DNA from: Chlorokybus atmophyticus | Taxonomy: Eukaryota > Plantae > Mesostigma and Chlorokybus algae | DNA length: 63,330 nt | Assembly: GCA_009103225.1 (NCBI GenBank) | Contig: RHPI01000585.1 | Location: 186,001 to 249,330 of the forward strand | Direction of reading: 5' to 3' | In this document: positions 24,857-36,552 of the stretch, in pieces | Position numbering within the stretch: position 1 is the stretch's first letter | How the letters are laid out: each line of letters starts with the position of its first letter | The notes under the pieces: generated by a model | Told to the model about the DNA's origin: nothing | Seen by the model: the letters and a program-made list of their open reading frames with translations, nothing else | The model's database searches: none | Made by a program: the position numbers and the translations under genes

Positions 24857-26607
24857 TCATCTTGTGTCTGCTGATGTTGTTGTTTCATCACGCGCGACCC
24901 GATCGCGCTTGGCCTGCCACCGCGCTCGCCTGCGCTCCAGACTCGTGGGCTTCCTGTGCGGCGGGGGAGGGGGAGGGGACGCCGTACGCGCGATGACGTG
25001 CAGCTCCACACGCATGCCCTGCTCATGACAGATATGTGGTAAGGTGACACACGCGCACACGCGCGCACACACATGCCACGACTGCGCCTCTTTGCCACAG
25101 CCATTAGGACTCTTTCACCTCCATATCCACGGGCAAAGTCATCTCCAGCTGCAAGCAGTCTCCTGCAGCTGTGGCCAGCACATTCTCTGATATCCGCCCG
25201 CGAGCCAACAACACAGCCCTGCCAGTTTGCACATAAAGTTGTCAATGAATTTCCCTACCGTTTACGTGCACACTCTATAATGCACACACTATGACTGTCT
25301 GATATAGCAACTACATTGACACATGTACAAATTGTCTGTACTTGCCCGTATGATCAGCACATGTGAAAGACAACTTCGAGCAACGATTGTGTCATGATGC
25401 GGCGTTTGTGCAAGATTGTTGGTTGTTGGTACAACGCAACCTGTAAGCCGATCAAGTGGTAACAACCAACCTGCCAGTGGAAGGGCGCAACACACGCGCA
25501 AACTCGCGCATGACCCTCTCATACAACTGAAAGCACTTCTTCGCTTCTCCTGCAGACGAACTTATGAAACTCAAACCCACGCATTATAAGAAACGGTGTG
25601 ATGCACATCTGCAAGCTCACCCGACTTCACACCAAAAGGCATATCCGAGACAACCCTGTCCACGCACCCATCGCGCAAAGGCAACCGGTGCGCATCTGAA
25701 GAGCAGAAGTCACAGATGTAAACAACATGTCCATACCACCAAGTGGGCATGAAGGGAAGCTTACCAGAACCCAACATGAAACACAGACGCGCAAACACAC
25801 GCGCATGCAACCGCATACGCACGCGCAAGCACACGCACGCGCGCACGCCCCCTCGCCCGCACACGCACGCGGACGTGCACGCACTGCCGCACACAAGTGT
25901 ACACACAACATGTACGTGAGTACCCCATCGCAGTGTGTCGCACGTCACCTTCGCTTCCTCCAACAGTACTCTCGCGTTGTTCCCACACGCCTCAACCGCC
26001 TTCACGTCTTTATCCCCCGCGACAGCATGCACAAACCCTCCGTTGGCATGCGCCCAATCGGCAGCCTCCAGCGGTATGGTCCCGCACCCGCCCATCGGGT
26101 CCAACACCACGTGCGTGTGTGGGTCCACGCGCGCCAGCTGGCACATCGCGTACGCCACGGAAGGCTTCAACGACGTGGTCACGAGGGCCGATCTGTACAC
26201 ACGCCTCGCGTACAACTACACAACAACGACAACAACAACAACAACTCTCAGTGAAGTTGAAAAACAACTAGCCCAGGTGTGGCATGTTGGGTGCGGGAAG
26301 GGGAAGCGTATCATCATCTCACCTGGCGTGGAGCTGTCCAAAGCCTCGCCTGCTTTGGTTGTTTGTTGTCTTTGTCGTTGTTGTGTGTGTCTTCAGTTTC
26401 AAAGCTGTCACTCACGGTGGGAGCCTCTACGTTGGTTCCTCCTTGACTGGCTTCCACCATGCTGTTACTGTAGCCCACGATGTTGCTGCTGCCATTCTGC
26501 ACTGCATCCGCTGGACTGAACACAATGCAACATGCCAATCAGGTGGGTATGCTACATGTTGTCGTTCATGTGTGTATGGATGCATGTGCACATGGATGTG
26601 TGCATGC

Positions 26608-26684
<77 letters not shown>

Positions 26685-27340
26685 CAAAATGTATCACCTG
26701 TAAAGTAGGCTCAGTGCCAGTGTGAGCTCACCATCCATCAGCCACGCAACCACCTCAACTGCCGCACACAAGTTGTTTTGTTTATTACCAGTTGTTGTCT
26801 CACTCATCCCAATAATGCATCACAACTACATCATTCCTCACCGTCAAAGTTGCGCATGGATCCGCTCCACCCGAGCGCGCTCTGCACGCCCGCGCCGACA
26901 GAAGCCGCAGCATCCATCGACGTGTAGGCGTGTTTGATGGGTGAGTTCTGTATTGTGCGGTGGCATGTGACTCTGAAACTTATTGTTGTGGTTGATGTTG
27001 GTGGGGTGGTGGGTGTTGGTGTATGTGTGAGTGTCTGCCCTGTCCATGCCTGCACTGTTTCCACTGCAGGCAACCAGTCCACCTGATGCACGTATGGTAG
27101 TTGAGTCAACAGCATTTTTGCATGCATGCAACCTGTGCTAGATTTTTGCGAGTGCTCTGGTGTACGTGCTGACAACATTGTTGATCATATTGAACTGCGT
27201 GTGAAGCAAGCAGGTTGAACCTTTTCTTTCGCACCTGGGAGGCAATGTCCTTGAGGCGATCCATGGCAGCTGCAGCATCACTCACAGGGACATCCTGCAG
27301 CGTGTGTAAGCAGAAAGGTAAGAAGCGCGCGCGCTCGTGC

Positions 27341-27416
<76 letters not shown>

Positions 27417-27417
27417 N

Positions 27418-27490
<73 letters not shown>

Positions 27491-27874
27491 TCTCTCAAAC
27501 CCTAATGCAGACGTCTCTCACCTTGCATTCTTGAACAAGTGCGTAGAGGTTGTCCGCAGCTCTCAGGCGCATCAACGCCTGAAAGTTCATCCATGTCTTA
27601 ACCATACCTCTTCACATACCAACAACCTGACATTCAACTTTTGAATCCTCCTCCTCACCTCCTTGCTGGCGGAGGAGTAGAAGCACACCCGTCCTTTGAG
27701 CACCAGCGGCGGAGGCAGGGCGTCCTTTTCTGGGACAAGCTCACCGCGTGCAGCGCCGTCATCGTCGTCATCACGGAGGAGGCCTCTATCAGCAATCTCC
27801 TCAAACAGCACCTGTTCCAGGCCTCCCGCGCATGTCGCCACGTACCTAGAGCTCCGCCGCCGCCGCCGCTCCAT
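24857..27874 (-). CDS. THUMP-domain RNA (guanine-N2) methyltransferase, THUMPD2/THUMPD3-like; ~9-10 exons
   Basis: RYVATCAGGLEQVLFEEI, LRAADNLY, SFRVTCHR...AASVGAGV, TTSLKPSVAYAMCQLA, VVLDPMGGCGTIPLEAA (SAM-binding), DAHRLPLRDGCVDRVVSDMPFG, YERVMREFARVLRPSTGRAVLL; last exon ends ...SADTR* at 24857. Confidence 0.88.
26609..26680. repeat. (GT)n microsatellite, intronic
   Basis: Direct read of the sequence. Confidence 0.95.
27340..27486. repeat. Compound (GT)n(GA)n microsatellite, intronic
   Basis: Direct read of the sequence; contains one N. Confidence 0.95.
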
Positions 27875-28102
27875 GGCGTGCTGTGCTGTGCCTGGGTCCC
27901 CAATTGGGTCCCTATAACAGCCCCAAACACAGGTGAACCCGAACCCAAATCAAGAACCCGAACCCGATGCGAGATACTATAGAACACGAAGAGATACGCT
28001 TTGTATGTCATCGCGACAAAACACGCAACTGGCGAGATACGCTTAGCGTAACACGCAGAGAGTTTGAAGCTTTAACGTTTTGAAAGTGTAGGTTGCATTG
28101 AT

Positions 28103-31100
28103 ATGACAGCAGCCGGCGGTGGCGGTGGCGGCGGTGGCGGTATGGACGAGGAGGAGGAGGGGGAGGTGGAGGAGGGTCGGTTGAGGTTGGACGAGTGGAC
28201 AGACGAGGAAGAGGAGGAGGAGGAGGGGGAATTGGAGAATTACCAGGACGAGGACGAGCTGGAGCTGGAGGAGCAGGAGCATGCTGATGGGAGGGGTTAT
28301 GCCACTGAGGGGTTGGAGGAGGAGGAGGAGGAGGCGGCAGAGGAGCAGGAGGGGCAGGAGGAGGATGAGCTTGAGGACGAGGTTGACGACGATGATGAGG
28401 GTAATGTCGGTGGTGCTGGGGCGGTCGATCGCTACGACAGCGACGACGCAGTCAGCCGTGCCGGCAGCAGCAATGCCGGCGCCAAGCAGCAGCAGCAGCG
28501 CAGGCAGGACGACGCCGCTGCAGCCATTGCGGACATATTCCGATGCTTCATATGCCTAGGAAAGGTGTGTACGTGCACTTTTGGTTGCTTGTTGGTCTGT
28601 GAGTTGTTTTTCTTGCGTGCATGTGTGCGTGTTCGTGTATGCACATGTGTATGTATGCGTGCGCACAAGCACACATACGCCCTACACGCACACATGCACA
28701 AAGACGCGCGCTCACGCGCGCGCACAGATGCACCCACTAAAACACCAAAACACAAGCAAGCAAGCAAACAAAGAGACAATGGCACGGCATGCACACGCAT
28801 ATGCGCATGGCTACCATCATGTTGTACTGCACAGCTGCCAATGCAGCCTGACGTCTTGTGCTCACTTGTCATCGCCCTCACCTACATGGCACATCACAGG
28901 CTGTGGACGCGCAGCTGTGCCCCTGCTGCTCAAAGATCTGCTGCTCTCTTTGCATACGGGTAAGCGAACAATCTCTCTCCACAATATGTCTCCAACTCTC
29001 TCTATCACTATAACTACATAAAATCTCTTATCATCCCGCAGCGCTGGTTGACCGACGAAGGCCACCAGCACTGCCCCCACTGCCGCGCTTCGCTGCGCGC
29101 GTCTCAGCTCGTCAACTGCCGCTTCGTCGCGGAAGTGTCCGCTGAGATCGATCGCCTTCAACACGAGCACGACAGACAACAACAACATCACGGGCAGGTA
29201 GGAGACGCTGTTGTGGTGTTGTGTGTGTGTGATGGGAAATGTGATGGGTGGTGTCGTGCAGCTGTGCGCAAAGCATGGGAGTAGTTATACGTACTTTTGC
29301 GGGACGTGCAGCGCGGTCATATGCTCCGACTGTGCGGTGTTCTCAGAGGTAAAGTTTGGTCATGCATGCACGCACGCACATGCACGCATACGCAGCCACG
29401 TGCACGCACATGCGGGTCCACGCGCACGCTACATATCAGTAGCTTATTCTTGCTGTTTATGCTGAAGTAGATGGTTGATTTGATCAGGAGCACAGCGGGC
29501 ACAAGTTTGAGCGTCTGAGTGATGTTTACGAGCGCCATGTCGAGGCCATTCAGGCCGAGGCTGCGGGACTCTACCGCCGCTTGAAGGTAACAGCTCTTAG
29601 TGTAGTAAACATGTCAATCAACACACGCAATGCGTCATGTGTACTTGCGCAGGAGCTTCGCACGGCCGTCAAGACCGCAGACGAGAACATTGAGCGTGTT
29701 CAGAAGGTCATTCTCATGCTGGGTCTCCCTTGAAGGATTCTGTTAGATGTTGGATTCGAGAAATTGATTCACTGACACTTGCGTTGCAGGGGAAGGATGA
29801 GCATGCTGCTGAGCTGCAGCTCGCAATGGAAAGCATGCAGGTGCACAGATTCTCATGTTTCGAATCATCCTCACCCAACATGAAACATCCTCAAGCTTAC
29901 GTTGTTGTCTTGTCTTGTTAATGTGCAGGCAAGGTTGGAGGCCCAGCTTAAAGGCAAGCTGCTGACCCTGCTCGGCCAGAAGGTTGCCATGGCAGAAGAG
30001 GTGTGAGGCATGCGTATGTATGTAGCATGCTTTCCAAAAGATTGGCTCATGTGTGTGAACATGATCATGCTTGCGTACGCGCCCATGTGTGCGCATGCGC
30101 GTGTACGTGCTTGTATGTGTATGTGTGTACACATGTGTGTTTATGCACACGTGTGCATGCGTGTAGGTGGAGATGCTGGAGGGCATTTTGCGCGAGCTGA
30201 ACTCTCGCCTGAGCACGTCCTCGCGGGCCGAGCTGGTGTCCACCAGCAGCGAGCTGGTGCGCGCTCTCCACGCAGCCCTGCAGCGCCAGACGGCCACAGA
30301 CTTTCAACGCACGCCTGTCTCCACAGAGTTTGAATCTCAGGTATCTATCTAAGAGATGTAGTATCACACATGTTGTGTGTAACACGCATGCAAGTACACG
30401 TACGCTCTTCCAATTCTTGTTGATGCGCATATGTATGCGTGTTGCTGTGGGCACAATCTGTGCCCATAACAACACCTACCACCTATGGTATAGCGGCGAT
30501 ACATGTGTGCATGTGCATGTGTATGTGTACATGGGTAGCTGTTCCACTGTACAGGTTGCACACTCAGGCACGCACAAGCAATGTGTGCATGCCTGAGTGT
30601 TCACAACGTACAGACTCATGAGTATATGAACATATACGCACGCATAAAGATGCACAAGCACACGCATACACTGCCGTGCACATGTACTCACACATGTTGT
30701 GCGTCATGTGCACTCACTGTGTCAAACGACTGGCAGGTTGTCCCACCTTACTCTTACACGGAGGTCTCTCTCCACAATTTCTTCGCGAAGCTGCGTCCCA
30801 GCGCGATTGTGGCTCACCGCAGGCGCAGCGAGCGAGACGTTGACGAAGAGGAGGAGGAGGATGAGGGGGTGGACGACGATGAGGACAACAACAACGATGG
30901 CGGGGATGCCACGTGCTCGGAAGTCATCTACAGCGATGTGAGCGGGGTTGAAGAGGGTTATGTGGTGTTGTGGGTGACTTGTGTTGTTGAGTGACTAAAT
31001 GCAAGTTGATGTGGTTGTGCAGGCGATCTGCACAGGAGGCATCAAGTGGCGATTGAAGGCAAGTGCTGCGTGGATGTGTGCGCACAAGCACAACAATGGC

Positions 31101-32975
31101 TATAGGCTCATCACATGCATCTCTTGTCGTCTGCAGATATATCCTAATGGCAATGGAGTTGCACGTGGCACGCACTTGTCCGTTTTTCTTGAGGTGAGAC
31201 TCGCTGCTTGAAGGAGCGTATTGTTGTACATGATGTTGTGACGTACTTCAACTTGCTACCTACACACCAACAGATGTTGGAAGGCGGGGGCCCGGAGCCC
31301 GCGCGATACGAGTACCGCGTGGTGATGCTGCACAGAAGGCGGCCTTCGCAGTGCATTGTGCGCGAGTTTGCCAGCGAGTTTGAGGTATGTGTGTGTGTAT
31401 GTGTGTGTGTGTGTGGTGGGACACGTGAGCACTGTGGGATGGACTTGACAGTATGTGTGTCTCAGGTTGGGGAGTGTTGGGGTTACAACCGCTTCTTCCG
31501 CATCGATCAGCTCGTGCGAGAAGGGTATCTCCTGCCTGAAGAGGACATCATCACGCTGCGATTTGCCGTGCGTGCACCCTTGTAAGTGAGCATGAGGCCA
31601 ACTGGTGTGTGCGTACGGGGCTGATTGACTATGTGTGCGACCATGTGTGCGCATGTGCGTGCGTGTCTGCGTGCGTGGGTGCGCATTGCCCAACTTGTTG
31701 CTCCTCTGTGACAGGTACTCGCAACAATGCAAGGATCAGCAGAGAGCGATTGCAAAGCTGCAAGCTGAGAAGCAGGAAGCGCTCGCGCAAGTGAGTGTAG
31801 ACATGCGCATATGTTTCAATGTTGTGTATGACCGCATGTACCACAACTAGCTCATGCGTACAACTCTCAATTAGGTGGCAGTATTGCGTCGAGCATTGGT
31901 TTCAGACGCTTCCACACCTTCAACTTCTTCAGCATTCCCACGCAAGCATCATCATCATCACCCTTCTGCGGATGCGACAGCAGCAGCTGCGGTGTCTTCG
32001 TCATCAGACAGACGAGAGTCTTCAACTCGATGGCGGCAACAACAGCGACGCCGACACGCTCGACACCAACAACAGCGACAGCGATCGCCGTCCTCCTCAC
32101 GCCCGCTTCTGCTCGTGCCTGTCGTGCGCAGCCGACACCAACTACCCACAACAGGTGGGTGGGTGCGTGGGGGGGCGGGGACGTTTGGGTGCATGTGCAT
32201 GCGTGCGTGTGCGTGCATACATGTGTGCACTTGCTAGAACACCACGATCATTGCATGTATCGGATGAATTGAAGATACTCTCATGCATGACGGCAACTCG
32301 AACTTGGGTGTCTTGAGCAGAAGCGAGTGTCGGGTCTGCGAGCACCAGCACGAGTGGTTTCTTTGCCAATGGTCTTGAACGGGAGGTGATATCGCTGCGG
32401 GGCGAAGATGCAAACGCGTGTTCACCCGCATGCAAGCTTGTGGACGATGATGTTCGGAATGAGGTCGAAGACAACACCTCCAGCAGCAGCAGTGTGGAGT
32501 CATTATCAGAGTTTGCATCATCCATGGCGTGTGATGTCCACGTTGATGTGGCCTCGACGCAACACGCGACGGACGCGCTATGCGCTGTTCTCGCCGAACC
32601 AACTTTTGAGGCGGGTAGTGCGGCAGGCAGAGGCAAAGAAAACGCTGCAAGGAGGAGATTGTTTGGCAGTGCGGAGCTGAGGTTATGGGGTGAATTTGGC
32701 GAACAGCTTGTGTCTACATCACGTGTCAACTCAACAACGACCCGTGTGTCTGCGCCGCCTACGCCTCGAAGGTGTGCACACAATGCTCATGCTACTGTCA
32801 CGTGCACGCAAACGCCCACTCCATATAGACGCGCACCCATGCACACGCCCTCACACACATGTTGGTCAGTCGCAGGAGGAGCGTTGGGCATGACTTGGAT
32901 GATAGGGGCGTATGGGCGTCCAGCACGAGTGCTCTTGTCGCGGAGGGTATAACAAAAGCCGGCAGTCGAAATTGA
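28103..32975 (+). CDS. TRIM37: TRIM37-like E3 ubiquitin ligase (RING, B-box, coiled coil, MATH/TRAF domain); ~16 exons
   Basis: [49 protein letters not shown]; B-box CAKH...[24 protein letters not shown]; [57 protein letters not shown]. The 3' tail exons are less certain. Confidence 0.92.
31059..31136 (+). other. GC-AG intron in TRIM37
   Basis: AAG|GCAAGT ... CTGCAG|ATA; removal restores conserved WRLK-IYPNGNG. Confidence 0.75.
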
Positions 32976-33769
32976 CTCTTTGCTATATCATTGTGTATAC
33001 AAGCAAGAATGTCATATACGTGGCAGTACGCGTTGGTTGGTTGTAGCGTATGTAGGTCACAGCTATTATTTTCCTTGCTGTTCAATAGAGCCAGCCAAAC
33101 AACAAGACACACCATGCTGGGCCCGTGCGCGTGTGCATGCGCATGTGCACACGCACATGTGCAAGTTCTTGAGTCGGTGTGCGTATGGCCAACTACACAG
33201 CAAGCATCAGAGTTGCGAAAGCAAACTCAGTCGTAGGGGCCAAATGCCATGCAAGCCAGCAAGCACACAACACATCAGATGAATTGAGAAGGTTGCTGGT
33301 GCTCAAGTCCTCTGCTGCTTGATCAGAGCGCGTCACCGTAAATAGAGCCGGTGTGCCAGTGCTATTATGCCTGCTTACCATTGCTCCCATTGTGGCTGGC
33401 ATTTGCCATGTAGATCAGCTTATCAAGCCATGTATCAGGTGCACACAAACCTGCTTTGTGCTCAACTGTAACGGCCAAGCCCCAAGGCATTGTGCTTGGC
33501 AGGCCCCGTTTACCATTAGCACAGTCAGCATCGTCGCACGTAAGCATATGATTAAGGTCCTGGGAAACCGCCGGTCACAGGCCGGCTGCAATTGAGCTGT
33601 TGGGAGCGACACTCGTGCATGACTTCCGGGTCATTGACATATATCTGGCCGGGGTCAGTTTCACACGCGGCGTGTCGCGTGACTCGCGTCTGACACTTTT
33701 CGAAACGCCCCACTTTATGCCACCAATCCGACGTGGCGCCTGTTTGCCTGCCAGCGCCACGCTGGCGCC

Positions 33770-33813
33770 AACACAACAACAACAACAACAAGAAGAAACA
33801 CGCACACCAACAA

Positions 33814-33845
<32 letters not shown>
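33770..33845. repeat. (CAA)n/(CAG)n trinucleotide repeats upstream of the IDO ATG
   Basis: Direct read of the sequence. Confidence 0.85.
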
Positions 33846-34000
33846 AAGTCACACTGAAACCTACACCCGCAGAGCCACCCCAGAGCGATACACCACAGGA
33901 GGACAGGGGAGAAAGAGAAGGAGAAGGAGAAGGTGAAGAACAACGACATCAACAGCAGCGGGGAGAGTGCACGCATCTCCTGCAGGGCCCTCTTTCAGTC

Positions 34001-36158
34001 ATGGCCAAGGGCGGTGGTTTCAAGCTCGCTCACGAGCTGGCTGCTTCAGCTGGTCGTGCTGCATCCAACAAGGCCAAGAGTGTGAACAGCAGCAGCGCCA
34101 GTCTGAGTCTCCTTCCGGAGTTCACCGTCTCACGCGAGAGAGGCTTCCTGCCACTCAGAGACCCGGTCACCACACTGCCGGAACGATACGGCGCACTGGA
34201 ACAACTACTGCAGGTGAGAGAGAAGAAACACAAGGAGTGTGGTGACACATCGTTTCATACCGTAGTTTGAGTGAATTAGTCTGAGATTGCCGTGTCGCAA
34301 TGTCACTGTACCCTTGCGGACAGTACTCAAGACTGCACAGCAATGCGTGTATGTATGCGCCTGTCTATGTGCTTGCGTGCGTGCCTGTGTGCGTGCCTGT
34401 GTGCGTGCGCGCAGGTGTGCGTGTGTGTGGGTCTGCGTGCGTACGTGTGAGAATGCGATAACACTCCCAACACTCCCAACCCACACTCCCACTTTCATCC
34501 CCAGGCCATGCCCGTTCGTCGCAAGGACGGCTCTCCCGGCCTCCTCTCCTCCGGCTCCTTCGGCGCCGCCGTCCATCGCGACCTCCCCCTCTACCACATC
34601 CCAACACAAGACCTCACCCACAACCCCTCCCTCGCCGCAGCACTCTACCGCGACTACACGTTCGCCGCATCCGCATACCTACTCGAGCCGTGCGACCTGC
34701 ACAGGAGGGAGAATGTGTCCAACATGGACAGAATACAGGGTGGACCCAACATGTATGGACTTGGCAGGGAGGTGCTACCCGCCAACATAGCGGTGCCTTT
34801 GGCACAAGTGGCAGATGTGTTGAAGGCCAAGCCGTTCATGGAGTATGCGCTCAGCTACGCGCTATACAACTGGAAGAAAAGGAAGGACAACAACAACAAC
34901 AACAACAGCATTGAGTTCGATGATATTGATGTCGTGAGGGGGTTTCACGGGTCTGATAGTGAGGCTGGTTTCGTTCTCGTTCACGTGGCGATGGTGGCGA
35001 GGAGTGGGAGACTAGTCTCATCTGTTGTGGACACGCTGCGTGCTGTCGAGTGTGGGGATGTGGGTGTAGCCAACAAGGGTATGGACGCCGTCCTCGCCGT
35101 CATGCGCGAAATCAACGGCGTGATGGACACCATGTGGGCACGCAGCCGACCCGAAGACTACAACGAGTTCAGGACTTTCATCTTGGGCACGCACTCCCAA
35201 CCGATGTTCCCGCGTGGTGTTGTTTATGAGGGTGTGAGTACGGACCCGCTCTTCTTCAGAGGGGAATCGGGTGCCAACGACTCCATCGTGCCAACATTAG
35301 ACAATCTGCTGCAGTTGGATTTTCCACCCAACCCACTCACGAATATATTGAAGGAGTTTAGGGAGTATAGGCCGTCGCATCACTCGGCGTGGCTCGCGCA
35401 CGTGCGTGAACGCGCGGATGAATGTGGGGTCAAAGGGTTCGCGAAGATGAGACCGGAAACGCACGTGAGGTACCTCGCGCTACTGGACCAAGTCAGAGAG
35501 GTGAGCTGATGCGTGCGTGAGCACGTGCGTGAAGCGGTGTTAGACAGGTGCTTGTGCGTGTGCGTGCGTGTGCGTGTGCGTGTGCGCCTGTGTGTCTCTG
35601 AGGTGTCGACTCTTGTATTGCAGTTTCGCGCGCGGCATTGGTCTTTTGCCAAGGAGTACATCCTGAAGCGTAGCGCTCACCCCGTGGCGACGGGCGGCAG
35701 TCCCATCGCCACGTGGCTGCCCAACCAGCTGCGGACGGTGCTGGAGGCCATCGAGGATGGACTCGCCACCATCGACCACACAGGGTGAGTTCTATTGTGT
35801 TGTGGTGTATCATGTTGGTTGTTTTGTGTGCGCGTCTCTGTGGTTACATCGTGTGTGCACGTGCGAGTGCGGACGCGTGTGCATGTGCGTGTTGGTGCGC
35901 GTGTCCGCGTGTATGGCGCGCACGTGTGCCCGTGTGTGCTTCCAGTTGCGAGATGCAAATGCAAGACGAATGCTATCTATGTGTCCGCTCACGTGTGGGT
36001 GCATGTGACTGACATGGACACAATGCAGGTTGTCAAGTGAGGGGCGCGAGCTGTTGGAGAGCGTGAGGCGGCGGTCGGAGGCGCAGATCCGGCTGCTTGA
36101 CCGCGAGGTGGACCACTACGCGCAGCGCATCGCGCAAGCCAATGCTGCCGCCGCGTGA
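34001..36158 (+). CDS. IDO: Indoleamine 2,3-dioxygenase-family heme protein (resembles fungal gamma-type IDO); 4 exons
   Basis: FTVSRERGFLP, LYRDYTFAASAYLLEP, PFMEYALSYALYNW, SEAGFVLVHVAMV, YNEFRTFILG, FRGESGANDS, FREYRP, FRARHW (proximal His), HPVATGGSPIATWLPNQL. Confidence 0.88.
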
Positions 36159-36316
36159 TCAACATGTCTGTCTTGACTCCTTGTAGCACTACTTTGCAAA
36201 ATATGGTCGCTTACTACAGGAGCAGTGATAACACCTCCTAGCATAGGCTGCTAATGATACCATTGCAATGGTTCAACTAGACATTCATCCATTCATCCAA
36301 CATAACAGCTTTGTAC

Positions 36317-36353
36317 ATGATTGACCAAGGCTTGGGAAGCCTTGGTCAATCAT
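36317..36353. repeat. Perfect 17-bp inverted repeat with 3-nt loop between two convergent 3' ends
   Basis: ATGATTGACCAAGGCTT-GGG-AAGCCTTGGTCAATCAT. Confidence 0.92.
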
Positions 36354-36552
36354 AGCCTATGTACTGATTGGCCTTGTTCAAGGTCTTTGCGAAAACACAT
36401 TCTTATGACCGTCACTCGCTGAATAAGAATGAACACAGCTGGAACCAACACTATCATCCATCAACAGTCTCAATGGTTCAACAACGGCCAAATTGGCCCC
36501 AAGTGTGTATCCTAATTTAAAAGTACCAACAGTTGACTACACTACCTCATGT

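Noticed and set aside
33030-33980. Short ORFs on both strands and polyQ/polyA-encoding repeats between TRIM37 and IDO
   Set aside because: No consistent exon chain or motif; most likely UTR or promoter with trinucleotide repeats.
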